From positions 81,640 to 145,639 of the forward strand of contig CAZRJH010000003.1 of NCBI GenBank assembly GCA_964600575.1: a DNA stretch of 64,000 nucleotides, in the 5' to 3' direction. Positions 1 to 10,006 of this stretch are shown piece after piece. The notes under the pieces are model-generated. The model was not told the DNA's origin, searched no databases, and saw only the letters and a list, made by a program, of their open reading frames with translations. Position 1 is the stretch's first letter. Each line of letters begins with the position of its first letter. The stretch comes from an uncultured Gammaproteobacteria bacterium (GTDB lineage Bacteria > Patescibacteriota > Microgenomatia > UBA8517). A program made the translations under genes and the position numbers.

Positions 1-392
1 ACCAAAATTATCGAAACTTAGATGAATATCTGCAAAGATCAATCAGATACGCAAGCATAGAATCGGTTGAATTGATCAAAAACGGTTACGATTTTTCCTG
101 GAAAGACCTTGTTACAAAGCCCGCCAACGAATTTTTTAGCAGATATTTTTTTGGTTTAGGTTATAAAGACGGTATTCATGGTCTTGCCGTCGGCCTTTTG
201 CAGTCGTTTTCGGAACTTTTAATTTATCTTAAGGTTTGGGAAAACAAAAAGTTTATTGAAAACGAAGTCAGCTTAAGGGAGGTTAATCATGTAATTTCAA
301 AAAATATAAAAGATCTTAAATACTGGCAGCATGAATCAAATTTTAAAGAAACGGGAAATATTATGGACTTCATAAAAAAGAAAATAAGATGA
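1..392 (+). CDS. GT2-family glycosyltransferase, WaaE/KdtX-like; 5'-truncated, only the C-terminal part lies in the window
   Basis: The reading frame is open from base 3 with no upstream stop, so the gene starts before the window; the TTG at 72 is an artefact of the ORF caller. The C-terminal sequence '...GLGYKDGIHGLAVGLLQSFSELLIYLKVWE' matches the C-termini of the paralogs at 1309..2031 and 19143..20012 and the canonical WaaE-type GT2 tail. Confidence 0.55.
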   Translation, partial: QNYRNLDEYLQRSIRYASIESVELIKNGYDFSWKDLVTKPANEFFSRYFFGLGYKDGIHGLAVGLLQSFSELLIYLKVWENKKFIENEVSLREVNHVISKNIKDLKYWQHESNFKETGNIMDFIKKKIR

Positions 393-1330
393 AAAAAAGA
401 ATTAAAGTATCAATAATCATTTTAACCTGGAATGCTTGCAAAATGACTTTGGAACAACTTAAAGATGCCTCCAAATTAGATACAAGCGGACTAGATGTCG
501 AAATGATAATCGTTGATAACGGCTCGATAGATGAAACTCAAGAAAAACTTTCGGAATATAAAATGCCCAATATGTCGTATAAGTTTATAGAAACCGGTAA
601 AAACCTCGGATTTGCGGGCGGAAATAATTTTGGTATAAAAGATGCCTTAGGCAGAGGATCAGATTATATGATCTTAATGAACAACGACCTAATTCTTTCT
701 AAAAACATAATTAAGAGTTTGGTGGATTTAGCGGAGTCGGATGTAAACATAGGACTAATAGCTCCAAAGATGTATTTTGCAAAAGGATACGAATTCCATA
801 AGAACAGATATAACCCAAAAGATTTAGGCAACGTAATCTGGTATGCCGGCGGAATCATTGACAGGGATAACGTTTACTCCGAACACAGGGGTGTAGACGA
901 GGTGGATAAGGGTCAATACGACAAGATTCAAGAAACAGACTTCGCCAACGGTGCTTGTGTCCTGGTGTCCAGAAAACTAGTAGAAAAGATTGGAGTGATT
1001 GATGAAACATTCTTTTTGTATTGGGAGGATGCCGATTATTCGGAAAGTGCCAGAATAGCAGGTTTTAAAGTTATTTATACTCCCGATACGTGGTTGTGGC
1101 ACATGGTTTCTGCAAGCACGGGTAGTAGCGGTAGTCCTTCAAACGACTATTTTTTAACCAGGAATAGGCTAATATTCGGATTAAGATACTCACCCTTAAG
1201 GACTAAGTTTGCCTTGTTCCGCGATAGTATTAGGCTGCTTTTTACGGGAAGGCATTGGCAAAAATTGGGAGTTGTCGATTTTTACTTGGGCAACTGGGGC
1301 CCGGGTAGGTGGCTCAAAAGAAAAAAATGA
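389..1330 (+). CDS. GT2-family glycosyltransferase (rhamnosyltransferase-like GT-A)
   Basis: N-terminal 'VSIIILTWN' and 'IIVDNGS.DET', the D-x-D-like 'MNNDL', 'GACVLVSRKL' and 'FFLYWEDADYS' are the classic GT2 signature. The ATGA overlap with the upstream gene at 389-392 suggests translational coupling. Confidence 0.75.
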   Translation: MKKRIKVSIIILTWNACKMTLEQLKDASKLDTSGLDVEMIIVDNGSIDETQEKLSEYKMPNMSYKFIETGKNLGFAGGNNFGIKDALGRGSDYMILMNNDLILSKNIIKSLVDLAESDVNIGLIAPKMYFAKGYEFHKNRYNPKDLGNVIWYAGGIIDRDNVYSEHRGVDEVDKGQYDKIQETDFANGACVLVSRKLVEKIGVIDETFFLYWEDADYSESARIAGFKVIYTPDTWLWHMVSASTGSSGSPSNDYFLTRNRLIFGLRYSPLRTKFALFRDSIRLLFTGRHWQKLGVVDFYLGNWGPGRWLKRKK

Positions 1331-2031
1331 GTAAAATTAGCGCAATCCTTCTTGTCGGAGGCGACTACAACGAGAAGTTATACAAAAAATGTTTGGAGTC
1401 CGTTACTTTTTGTGATGAGGTAATCAAAGTTCCCACTAAAGATATACCGGGAAGTTTTTCTGAGTGGCGCAATTGGGGTGCCGATAAAGCCAGGGGTGAT
1501 TGGCTTTTGTATGTTGATATCGACGAGGAGGTTACTCCGGAGTTAAAAAAAGAAATATTGGACTCGGTGGAAAGTGATGAATTTTCGGCATACGCATTTC
1601 CCAGGAAAAATATACTTTTGGGCAAAAATTTAACCCGAGGAGGTTGGTATCCGGACTACGTTCTCCGTCTGATTAAAAAGGAAAAGTTGAAAGGTTGGAG
1701 CGGAAGGTTACATGAGCAGCCCAAAGTAGAAGGTAGTATTTCCCATCTTAAAAACACATTGACACATGTAAGTCATAGAAGTATTTCGGAAATGATTAAA
1801 AAAACCAATCAGTGGTCCCGGCCCGAAGCACAGCTGCTCTTTGAATCGGGGCATCCCCCCATGAATATTTTCCGTTTTTTTACGGCGGGTTTTAGGGAAT
1901 TTTGGAAAAGAGGAATTATTTTGGGCGGCCTTTTAGACGGCACAATCGGCGCTGTCGAAGTTTTTTATCAGACTTTTAGTCGTCTTGTAACTTATACAAA
2001 ACTTTGGGAAATGCAAATCAACAAAAAATGA
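1309..2031 (+). CDS. GT2-family glycosyltransferase, WaaE/KdtX-like (paralog of 19143..20012 and 44324..45160)
   Basis: 'GDWLLYVDIDEEVTPELKKEI', 'GGWYPDYVLRLIKK' and the C-terminal '...FYQTFSRLVTYTKLWE' align motif-for-motif with the ORF at 19143. An alternative start is at 1327 (MSKISA). Confidence 0.6.
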   Translation: MAQKKKMSKISAILLVGGDYNEKLYKKCLESVTFCDEVIKVPTKDIPGSFSEWRNWGADKARGDWLLYVDIDEEVTPELKKEILDSVESDEFSAYAFPRKNILLGKNLTRGGWYPDYVLRLIKKEKLKGWSGRLHEQPKVEGSISHLKNTLTHVSHRSISEMIKKTNQWSRPEAQLLFESGHPPMNIFRFFTAGFREFWKRGIILGGLLDGTIGAVEVFYQTFSRLVTYTKLWEMQINKK

Positions 2032-3050
2032 GAGCTGCAATATTTAATCCTTACTTTGACACCTTGGGTGGTGGGGAGCGTTATACTGCCGAGGTTGCTC
2101 GTACGCTGTTAAAAAACGGCTACGAGGTAGATATAGAGTGGAACAACGAATCTTTGATCAAAAATATTATGCTTCGTTTTGGGATTAACATACAAGGAGC
2201 CAGAGTTGTCGCCGATATAGGAAGGGGAGATGGTTACGATTTAACTTTTTGGGTTTCCGACGGTAGCGTCCCTACGCTAAAATCAAGAAAAAACATTCTT
2301 CATTTCCAAGTTCCTTTTCAAAAAGTGTCCGGGTCAAGTCTGGTTAACAGAATGAAGATGTATCGAATCGATCATGTGGTATGTAACTCCTATTTTACAA
2401 AGGAGGTTATTGATAAAGAGTTTTCGGTTAAAAGCGTTGTGGTTTACCCCCCTGTAGAGGTCGATAAATTTTTATCAAAAAGAAAAGAAAACACAATATT
2501 GTATGTAGGCAGATTCTCAAAACTTAAACAGTCCAAAAGGCAGGATGTTCTGGTAGAAGCTTTTAAAGAATTATATGATTCGGGGCTTAGAGATTGGAAA
2601 ATGGTTTTGGCGGGAGGGTCGGAGGTTGGAGATTCGGACTTTTCGGATTTTCTAAAAAAACAGTCCCAGGGATATCCGATACGCTTTGTTAAAAGCCCTA
2701 ACTTTAAAGAAATTACAAATTTATTCGGAGTCTCCAAGATTTTTTGGTCTGCCTCGGGTTTTGGAGTGGAGGAGGGTGTAAGCCCCGATCTGGTTGAGCA
2801 TTTTGGCATAACTGTAGTAGAGGCGATGGCAAGCGGAGGTGTTCCTTTTGTTTATAACGCAGGCGGTCACAAAGAAATAATAGACGAAGGAGTTAACGGT
2901 TTTTTGTGGAATACTACGGATGAATTAAAAAACAAAACACAAATATTTATAAAAGAAAACAAATTTAACTTGTTGTCCAAAGAAGCTAAAGCCAAAAGTG
3001 TTAAATTTTCCGCGGAAGAGTTCGAAAAGGCCTTTTTAGAGCTTGTTTAA
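2028..3050 (+). CDS. GT4-family (GT-B) glycosyltransferase
   Basis: The C-terminal 'VVEAMASGGVPFVYNAGGHKEIIDEGVNGFLW' is the GT4 E-x7-E region. The start is taken at ATG 2028 (MRAAIFNPYF), giving an ATGA overlap with the upstream stop. Confidence 0.75.
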   Translation: MRAAIFNPYFDTLGGGERYTAEVARTLLKNGYEVDIEWNNESLIKNIMLRFGINIQGARVVADIGRGDGYDLTFWVSDGSVPTLKSRKNILHFQVPFQKVSGSSLVNRMKMYRIDHVVCNSYFTKEVIDKEFSVKSVVVYPPVEVDKFLSKRKENTILYVGRFSKLKQSKRQDVLVEAFKELYDSGLRDWKMVLAGGSEVGDSDFSDFLKKQSQGYPIRFVKSPNFKEITNLFGVSKIFWSASGFGVEEGVSPDLVEHFGITVVEAMASGGVPFVYNAGGHKEIIDEGVNGFLWNTTDELKNKTQIFIKENKFNLLSKEAKAKSVKFSAEEFEKAFLELV

Positions 3051-3080
3051 CTACTGGCGTTGTTGGGTTATACTGCAAAC

Positions 3081-3980
3081 ATGTCAAAAAAGTACAAAGT
3101 CTCAATTATTATTCCAAATTTGAACGGGGAAAAACTTATGGAAAAGAATCTGCCTTTTTTTATGAAAGCCTGGGCCAATAAAGAAAACTCAATCTTGGAA
3201 ATGATAATAGTAGATGACGGAAGTTGGGATGGAAGTGTAAATTTTTTAAAAAACAATTATCCAAAAATTAGAGTAATTAAACACAAAACCAATAGAGGTT
3301 TTTCCGCGGCCGTAAACACTGGAGCCCGTGCTGCAAAGGGAGATTTATTACTACTTATCAATACTGATGTTATTCCTCAAGACAACTTTCTTGAAAGTGC
3401 CACCAAACTTTTCGATGATGCAAAGGTGTTTGCCGTTTCGCTTCATGAAAAAAATTACGGTCCGGCAAAAGGTAGTTTTTCGGAGGGTTACATTCAGTTG
3501 GCAATGGGTTTAGAAACAAAAGAAATTCAGCAAAGTTTTTATGTCAGCGGCGGGAGCGGTCTTTTTAGAAGGGAATATTGGATGGAGATGGGGGGTATGG
3601 ATGAAAAACTTTTGTCACCGTTTTATTGGGAGGACATAGACATTTGTTATCGTGCATCCAAACGCGGTTATATTAATTTGTGGTCACCCGACGGCAAAGT
3701 AGTTCACAATCACGAATCTACAATTAGTAAGTTGTCAAAAACTTATGTTCAAAGAGTCAGAGAAAGAAATCAACTTCTCGTTATTTGGAAAAACATACAC
3801 AGCATTAATTTGATGCGAAAACATGTAATGGGAGTCTTTAAAAGACTGGTATTGCACCCGGGCTATATCCGGATAGTGATATTTGCACTTACTCGTCTCC
3901 CTGCCGCACTAAAGGCAAGGAAAAAGGAAATTAAAGAAAGCAAACTCTCAGATGAGCTAATATTATCAAGGTTCAACTAA
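3081..3980 (+). CDS. GT2-family glycosyltransferase
   Basis: 'KVSIIIPNLNGEK', 'MIIVDDGSWDGS', 'INTDVIP' and 'FYWEDIDICYRA' are GT2 motifs. The start is at ATG 3081 (MSKKYKVS). Confidence 0.75.
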   Translation: MSKKYKVSIIIPNLNGEKLMEKNLPFFMKAWANKENSILEMIIVDDGSWDGSVNFLKNNYPKIRVIKHKTNRGFSAAVNTGARAAKGDLLLLINTDVIPQDNFLESATKLFDDAKVFAVSLHEKNYGPAKGSFSEGYIQLAMGLETKEIQQSFYVSGGSGLFRREYWMEMGGMDEKLLSPFYWEDIDICYRASKRGYINLWSPDGKVVHNHESTISKLSKTYVQRVRERNQLLVIWKNIHSINLMRKHVMGVFKRLVLHPGYIRIVIFALTRLPAALKARKKEIKESKLSDELILSRFN

Positions 3981-4820
3981 ATGACATTTGATTTATCAAT
4001 TGTAATAGTAAATTTAAACACCAAAGATCTCACTTTGGGTTGCCTCGAATCAATCAAAAAATATTCCAGCGAAGCAAAAATTGAGGTACTTCTAACAGAC
4101 AACGGGTCAAACGACGGTTCCGTTTCGGCATTCCAACAACTTAAAAAACAAGATTTCTGGAGAGAGAGACTAACTTTAATTTTAAACGACAGTAATACGG
4201 GTTACGCAAAAGCAAACAATCAGGGTTATAAAAAAGCAAAAGGAAAATATATTTTTCTTTTAAATAACGACACTGTTCTTCATAAAAACGCTCTCAAAAA
4301 TTTACTGAAGTTTGCCGAAAAAACCGAGGACGCAGGTGTTGTGGGGTCAAGACTTTTGAATATCGACGGCTCGCTTCAGATGTCTTGTTATCATTTTCCA
4401 ACTTTATCTAATGCCATAAAAGAATATTGGTTTGGTAAAAAAGGGCTCTTTGAGAAGTTTGCCCCCCAAGGGAACAGGCCTGTTTCTGTAGATTCGGTCG
4501 TAGGTGCTGCATTTTTGATAACACCAAAAGCTCAAAAACTTGTAGGCATGCTCGATGAGAGATATTTCGCATATTTCGAGGATATCGATTACTGCAGGCA
4601 AACTTGGAAAAAAGGACTTAGAGTTTACTATTTACCCAACTCCGTAATTACTCATTATCACGGGGCCACTTTTAAAAAGTTAGCAAACGAAGCCGAACGA
4701 TGGAAGAAGCTGATTCCTTCCAGTAAGGTTTATCACGGGTTTTTTATGCACTATATTATTAACTCTGTTTTGTGGGTGGGGCAAAAATGGCAAAAAGTTA
4801 TATCTAAATTCTCTCCATAA
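3981..4820 (+). CDS. GT2-family glycosyltransferase
   Basis: 'LSIVIVNLNTKD', 'LLTDNGSNDGS', 'GYAKANNQG', 'LLNNDTV' and 'FAYFEDIDYCRQ' are GT2 motifs. It abuts the upstream gene. Confidence 0.75.
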   Translation: MTFDLSIVIVNLNTKDLTLGCLESIKKYSSEAKIEVLLTDNGSNDGSVSAFQQLKKQDFWRERLTLILNDSNTGYAKANNQGYKKAKGKYIFLLNNDTVLHKNALKNLLKFAEKTEDAGVVGSRLLNIDGSLQMSCYHFPTLSNAIKEYWFGKKGLFEKFAPQGNRPVSVDSVVGAAFLITPKAQKLVGMLDERYFAYFEDIDYCRQTWKKGLRVYYLPNSVITHYHGATFKKLANEAERWKKLIPSSKVYHGFFMHYIINSVLWVGQKWQKVISKFSP

Positions 4821-6489
4821 ATATATATTCCTCGCTTCCGTCTTTTCGTTTGATCTTTTCGGTAACTTTAGCAGGCAGGCCTGCTTTTATCTGGCTGTCG
4901 TATGCGCAATTGTACGAAACTATTACGAGCAATTTTTTGTCGGAATATTTTGTAAACGCATATTCAGACGGGCATTTATCTTCGGTAAAAACAATGTTTT
5001 GCCAAACTCTTTCGTTGGTGGTTTTTTTATATGTTGATTTATTAAACAATCCCGGCTCTAGTTTGTTGAAAAACGCGTACCAAGGATAGGGGCTGTCGGG
5101 AAAATTTGTAACAACTATTTTGTCATAAGCATCTTTCTTTTCATTTACTTTTTGAACCAAGTCCATCATTCCGGAATTTCTAAATGTAGGGCTATCTACA
5201 AACAGATTCTTGTAAAAAGGTTTGTGATAAAAAGAGTGGCTGTAATACATATGCAAAAAATAAACCAGAAAAACAGCAGTTACAGTAAATAATGAAAAAA
5301 ATACCCACCCTCTTATTTTTTTGTTCAGATTTGTCAAAAAAATTAAACCTTGGGCCTCAATCATTACCAAAAAAGCGGTCATGATAAAGGCCCTGTGTAG
5401 ATTTGGCGAGTCCTCTGCTGTAATAGCTGCCGGTATGGGGGAGAGTAACAAAAATAGCAAAGGCAAAAATGAATTTTTACCTTTTGCTATCTGAGCTAAC
5501 CCTAAAATTAAAAGTAAAATTTCGGCGTAATTAAGAAGTCCTACTCCGGGTGTTGCGTATCTATAGGGTCTGGCATCATAGCCTATTAAAAAACCGGAAC
5601 TAAAATAATTTCCGTAAGACATTGCAACCGCCTTTAAATAAACTGTAACCTTGTTGTCAAAAACTTTAGATGTTAATTTTGGATTTGCGTTTTCATCCCG
5701 AATTCTCTGTAATTCATACGCGGAGTCAATGCTTTTAAGTACAGATACCTGGCTTAATCTGGAAAATCCTCCCGAGGTAGAACTAAAAAATGCCGTAATA
5801 ACAAACACCAAAACTGCAGTAATAATAAATCTTTTAATTAAACCTTTTTTAACAAGTATCTTGTAAAAAAACAAAATGAAACTTACATAAAAAAACGGAG
5901 CCAAAAGTCTCATTGAGTGGTAGAACATGTTTGCCACAAAAATCGAAAACACCGAAAATATTAGATATCTGATTTTTGTCTTTTCCAAAGACAAGAGTAA
6001 TAAATACATAGACAAGACTCCAAAAAAAAGTGATATAGCCGCCTCGCTAGTTGCACGGGAAACTTCGATATGCCATGCTGACACCGCCATAAATATTGCG
6101 GCAAAATTACCCGGTGTTAAACCTAATATTTTTCTATTTTTCTTTTCCAGTTTGTCTAAAAACAGTGAAACTATAATTACGGTTAATGCACCAAAAAAAG
6201 CAGACATAAACCTTGTTGCAAAAATAGTGTTTCCAAATAACAAAACAGAAGGGATCGCTGCTAAAAAAATTCCGGTAGGACGATAATCTCCGAATGAGTC
6301 GTAATAAAGCCCCGGCTTTTGGTTGTGGTCGTCTAAACCGCTTTTGATTATAGAGTAAGCGTTCCAGCCGACTTTGGCTTCATCAACATGGAAACCCCAC
6401 GGGAAATCGGATAGGTAAGCAAGTCTTAAAAGTAGGGCAAAAATAAATATCCAAAATAAGGGTTTTTTGAGTATTTTTTTAATATTCAC
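4804..6489 (-). CDS. GT-C membrane glycosyltransferase, PMT/ArnT-like (GT39/GT83-like); paralog 1 of 7
   Basis: The 561-aa polytopic protein has an N-terminal TM followed by 'HVDEAKVGWNAYSIIKSGLDDHNQKPGLYYDSFGDY', the loop-1 D-E motif characteristic of Dol-P/undecaprenyl-P-sugar-dependent PMT_2/ArnT enzymes. There are many hydrophobic segments and a soluble C-terminal domain. Confidence 0.7.
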   Translation of the reverse strand: MNIKKILKKPLFWIFIFALLLRLAYLSDFPWGFHVDEAKVGWNAYSIIKSGLDDHNQKPGLYYDSFGDYRPTGIFLAAIPSVLLFGNTIFATRFMSAFFGALTVIIVSLFLDKLEKKNRKILGLTPGNFAAIFMAVSAWHIEVSRATSEAAISLFFGVLSMYLLLLSLEKTKIRYLIFSVFSIFVANMFYHSMRLLAPFFYVSFILFFYKILVKKGLIKRFIITAVLVFVITAFFSSTSGGFSRLSQVSVLKSIDSAYELQRIRDENANPKLTSKVFDNKVTVYLKAVAMSYGNYFSSGFLIGYDARPYRYATPGVGLLNYAEILLLILGLAQIAKGKNSFLPLLFLLLSPIPAAITAEDSPNLHRAFIMTAFLVMIEAQGLIFLTNLNKKIRGWVFFSLFTVTAVFLVYFLHMYYSHSFYHKPFYKNLFVDSPTFRNSGMMDLVQKVNEKKDAYDKIVVTNFPDSPYPWYAFFNKLEPGLFNKSTYKKTTNERVWQNIVFTEDKCPSEYAFTKYSDKKLLVIVSYNCAYDSQIKAGLPAKVTEKIKRKDGSEEYIFMERI

Positions 6490-6536
6490 TTTTTGCAGGT
6501 TTGATTTAGCAAGTGGAGTATACAGGAAGGTCTAAA

Positions 6537-6546
6537 ATGATACAAT
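6537..6546 (+). promoter_or_regulatory. Candidate extended -10 promoter element (ATGATACAAT) for the PMT-like gene at 6554
   Basis: The TGn-TACAAT hexamer ends 7 nt before the ATG, implying a leaderless or near-leaderless transcript. It lies in the 64-bp divergent intergenic region 6490..6553. Confidence 0.3.
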
Positions 6547-6553
6547 TCTAATT

Positions 6554-8269
6554 ATGTCGGGCAAGATTAAGAAATATTTTTTAGTCATCATTCTCTTGCT
6601 GGCGTCTTTTTTAAGATTTAATAATCTTTCTTCAAATCCCCCTTCTATGTTTGGTGACGAACTCGACCTGGGATATCATGCTTATTCAATTTTAAAAACA
6701 GGACGGGATTATCAGGGGAACTTTGCTCCTATCAACTTTCATTCGCTGGCGGAATGGCGAACCCCGTTGTATCTTTACTCTGCGGTTCCAAGTGTTTTTA
6801 TCTTTGGCATATCAGCATTGGGTGTAAGGTTGCCCGCGGCTATTTTTGGAGTCCTTGGAGTGTGGGCTATATATCTTCTTTGTAAAAAGTTATTCGATTC
6901 CAAAAACGCTGGGATGATTGCCGCCTTTCTCTTAGCCGTTTCTCCTTGGCATATTCAGTATTCCAGAGCAGGTTTCGAAGTAACGGAAATGCTTTTTTTC
7001 CTTACAATCGGAGTATATTTTTATCTAAAGTCGTTCGATAACTCTAAGTATTTATGGTTGTCTGTTTTGTTTTTGGTTACAACCGCATGGGTTTATTCCA
7101 CAGCCAAACTTTTTACCCCATTTTTTATTTTGTTTCTGTTTGTCATCAATCATAAGGATATACTCAAATTTCCCAAAAACGATTTATTTAAAACTTTGAT
7201 CGTCGGTGCGGTTGTCGGTCTACCGCTCGTTTACGGAATATTTTTCGGGGGAGGGTCTCAGCGATTTAATTATATTAGTGTTTTTGCAGACCCCACAACC
7301 GAACCGGAAATAGGCAGCTCAAGAAGCATAGACTCTTTTGCTAGGGGAGAAACAGGGCTTGCCTTAAAACCCAAATTAATCGATAGGGTAATTCACAATA
7401 AATTTACATACTGGAGTAGTCAGATAATCACGAATTATTTCAAATCTTTTTCGACCCAATTCTTGTTTATAAAAGGCGACCCAAACCCCAGGCAGTCAGT
7501 TGGAGTGGGTGAGCTGTACAAGATAGAAATACTATCCCTAATTTTAGGTATAGTATTTTTCCTAACATCAAAGATTAACGGCAAATTAAAAATATTATTA
7601 TTATTTTGGTTGACGCTTTCACCATTACCCGCGGCTTTAACCAAAGACGGGGGTGATCATGCTACAAGGCTGATACTTATGCTTATTCCACTTACGGCAC
7701 TTTCGGCTTATGGATGGTTCTCTTTGTATTCCAACCTTTCAGGTGTTTTCAAAATAATTTTCGTACCTGTTTTGATAGTTGCCTATATTTTTAGCTTTTT
7801 CTTATATCTACATGAATATTTTGTTCATTATCCGTACTCGAGTGAAAGATGGTGGCATTATGGTTGGGGGCAGGCTCTAGCAGAAGTTAAAAAGATAGAT
7901 TCAAATTATGACAAGGTAATTATTTCTATGGCAGGCGAACCAGCTTGGATATTTTTTGCCGCATATTACCAATACGACCCTGTTAAATGGCAGAACGACT
8001 ATCCAATAGGAAAAGATGTTGAGTTAAAAGGTTTCGGCAATGTCTCCCATATAAATAAATATTATTTTGGAAGTCCTCAGAGTGATGTGCAAATCTACGG
8101 ACTTTCAAAAGTGATAGACGGTAAAACAATTTACCTGGCCAACGCTAAAGAAGTGGGTGAGAACTTAATAATAAATCCCGACAAAACCCCTTCGGGCCTC
8201 CGTTTGATAAAAGCAATTCCGTTTTTAACGGGTGAGCCGGCTTTCTACCTTTTTGACATAAAAAATTGA
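6554..8269 (+). CDS. GT-C membrane glycosyltransferase, PMT/ArnT-like; paralog 2
   Basis: 'FGDELDLGYHAYSILKTGRDYQGNFAPINFHSLAEW' is the same N-terminal D-E loop motif. The protein is 571 aa and polytopic. Confidence 0.7.
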   Translation: MSGKIKKYFLVIILLLASFLRFNNLSSNPPSMFGDELDLGYHAYSILKTGRDYQGNFAPINFHSLAEWRTPLYLYSAVPSVFIFGISALGVRLPAAIFGVLGVWAIYLLCKKLFDSKNAGMIAAFLLAVSPWHIQYSRAGFEVTEMLFFLTIGVYFYLKSFDNSKYLWLSVLFLVTTAWVYSTAKLFTPFFILFLFVINHKDILKFPKNDLFKTLIVGAVVGLPLVYGIFFGGGSQRFNYISVFADPTTEPEIGSSRSIDSFARGETGLALKPKLIDRVIHNKFTYWSSQIITNYFKSFSTQFLFIKGDPNPRQSVGVGELYKIEILSLILGIVFFLTSKINGKLKILLLFWLTLSPLPAALTKDGGDHATRLILMLIPLTALSAYGWFSLYSNLSGVFKIIFVPVLIVAYIFSFFLYLHEYFVHYPYSSERWWHYGWGQALAEVKKIDSNYDKVIISMAGEPAWIFFAAYYQYDPVKWQNDYPIGKDVELKGFGNVSHINKYYFGSPQSDVQIYGLSKVIDGKTIYLANAKEVGENLIINPDKTPSGLRLIKAIPFLTGEPAFYLFDIKN

Positions 8270-8293
8270 AATTATATGCCATCAATAATGTAA

Positions 8294-8320
8294 TTTTTCG
8301 TTGCCTCGCAACGTAAAAGA
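8294..8320. terminator. Candidate bidirectional intrinsic terminator between convergent genes
   Basis: The inverted repeat CGTTGC-ctc-GCAACG (8299..8313) is flanked by TTTTT (8294..8298) on one side and TAAAAGA on the other. It lies in the 51-bp gap between the 3' ends of 6554..8269 (+) and 8321..10006 (-). Confidence 0.45.
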
Positions 8321-10006
8321 TTAAATAGTCTTTCTTTTACTCATTACCGCCTCCCATTCCGGATTAGTTTTAACAATTCTGTAAGCGACCGTTCCGTCGG
8401 GGTATCTTATTTCTTTTATTAATTCTAGTTTATGAACTTTTATTTGATCCAAAGATATACCCAGCTCATCGGCGACCAAATACTCATCTTTGGTTAGGTC
8501 GGTCTTCCATTCAATTGGCCTTGTAACAAAACGACCTATGTGTTTTTGGGTGTTTCGTTTTAAATTCGTATAATATTCCGAATTTTCTACCTCAAAATTT
8601 TCTTTTTGATAAAGTTCGGGCGGATATTTTAAATAGAAAGCAATTTGTAAGTCGGGGTCGCTTCTGGCGTTATCAACAACTACGGGCAAATCGTCTTTGA
8701 TTTCCGAGATCGTTTTTACTACCTCCTGCCAACCCCAGTCCCAATATCTGGCCCTATAAAATTCGTTCAGAATAATTACCGAGCTGTAAAGTTTGAATAA
8801 CGATAAAACAAAAAGTCCGGCCAAAATAGAGCAAAAAAATATTTTTTGTAAGTTATTTTTAGTTAGTTTATAAACACCCAATATGCCGTAAGCAATAATA
8901 ATTAATTGGGGAACAACCAAAGGAAGTGCTCTAATTGTAGTATAAGGGTCGCGTGTTACGGCCGCTGGTATCGGGGAAACAAATAGTACTAAAAGTACTA
9001 AAAATTTAAAATCTGATGCTTTCTCTCTGATAATTCTCCAAAGCCCGTAAATATAAAAAGGAAACTGCCACAAAAAGAATGTAGAAAGCTCAGGGAAAGA
9101 ACTTCTCGGGCCGTAATCTCCAAGAACAAACATAAATCTAGGTGACAAATAAGAAAAATATAAACCCAAAAACTCCCTTGTAGACAAAAACCAGGAGCCG
9201 TTCACAAGCGGCCCTAATACCCCTTTATAAAAATCCAGAAATCCGTCCGGCATCTGTCTGGAATGCGAAAAAATATTTAACCCGCTTGCTCTGGCCAAAA
9301 AACCCGGTGTCCCCATAACGTTAATTGTCGGAAGACTAACTACAAATCCTATTAGCAGACCCCATACAAAATAAACAACTCTGTCTTTGTTAAGAATTAT
9401 TTTTTTGTATCTTATTAAAAGTAAAAGCATAGTAAGTGGAGTGATTATTCTTTGAGAGTGGTAAGCCGGGATAGCTATTGCAAATAAAAACGCGGACAAC
9501 AGAAGAAATTTTGGTTTTTCCAGGCTTTTGTAAAAAGTTAAGATTCCGCTTAAATAAAAAAACAATGCGACATTGCACTCAAAGTTGGTCCTCCCAAAAA
9601 GTATATGCCACGGAGATATTGCTAAAAGAAAAATACTAATAAGGGATAGCCCTACCGATCCCGTGAGTCTTTTTATTAACAAATAAAGGATGGGGAGGGT
9701 GGCTATGCTAAAAATAAAAGACGGAAGTCTTACTGTAAATGGGCTGAGTCCAAATACGGGTATCAATGGGGTAATTAAATATATGTAAACTGGAGTTTTA
9801 AAGTCGGTTAAAGATCTAAAAACTACAGGGAGTTCTTTACCAAATTCATCTTTCCCCGTTTTTAATATTGAATAAGCACTGTAACCCTGGCCAGCCTCGT
9901 CAACATAAAAGCCTTTAGGGGCATCTCCAAGCATAAATAACCGGGTTAGTACGGCAAGCGCAAGTGCGCAAACAATTAACAAGTGCTTAGAATAAGTTTT
10001 CAACAT
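8321..10006 (-). CDS. GT-C membrane glycosyltransferase, PMT/ArnT-like; paralog 3
   Basis: 'FYVDEAGQGYSAYSILKTGKDEFGKELPVVFRSLTDF' is the D-E loop motif. The protein is 561 aa and polytopic. Confidence 0.7.
   Translation of the reverse strand: MLKTYSKHLLIVCALALAVLTRLFMLGDAPKGFYVDEAGQGYSAYSILKTGKDEFGKELPVVFRSLTDFKTPVYIYLITPLIPVFGLSPFTVRLPSFIFSIATLPILYLLIKRLTGSVGLSLISIFLLAISPWHILFGRTNFECNVALFFYLSGILTFYKSLEKPKFLLLSAFLFAIAIPAYHSQRIITPLTMLLLLIRYKKIILNKDRVVYFVWGLLIGFVVSLPTINVMGTPGFLARASGLNIFSHSRQMPDGFLDFYKGVLGPLVNGSWFLSTREFLGLYFSYLSPRFMFVLGDYGPRSSFPELSTFFLWQFPFYIYGLWRIIREKASDFKFLVLLVLFVSPIPAAVTRDPYTTIRALPLVVPQLIIIAYGILGVYKLTKNNLQKIFFCSILAGLFVLSLFKLYSSVIILNEFYRARYWDWGWQEVVKTISEIKDDLPVVVDNARSDPDLQIAFYLKYPPELYQKENFEVENSEYYTNLKRNTQKHIGRFVTRPIEWKTDLTKDEYLVADELGISLDQIKVHKLELIKEIRYPDGTVAYRIVKTNPEWEAVMSKRKTI

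Noticed and set aside
72-392. ORF-track entry treating 72..392 as a complete 106-aa gene starting with TTG
   Set aside because: The frame is open from base 3 with no in-frame stop upstream, and the sequence is the conserved C-terminus of WaaE-like GT2 enzymes. It is therefore the 3' end of a gene beginning before the window, not a standalone small gene.
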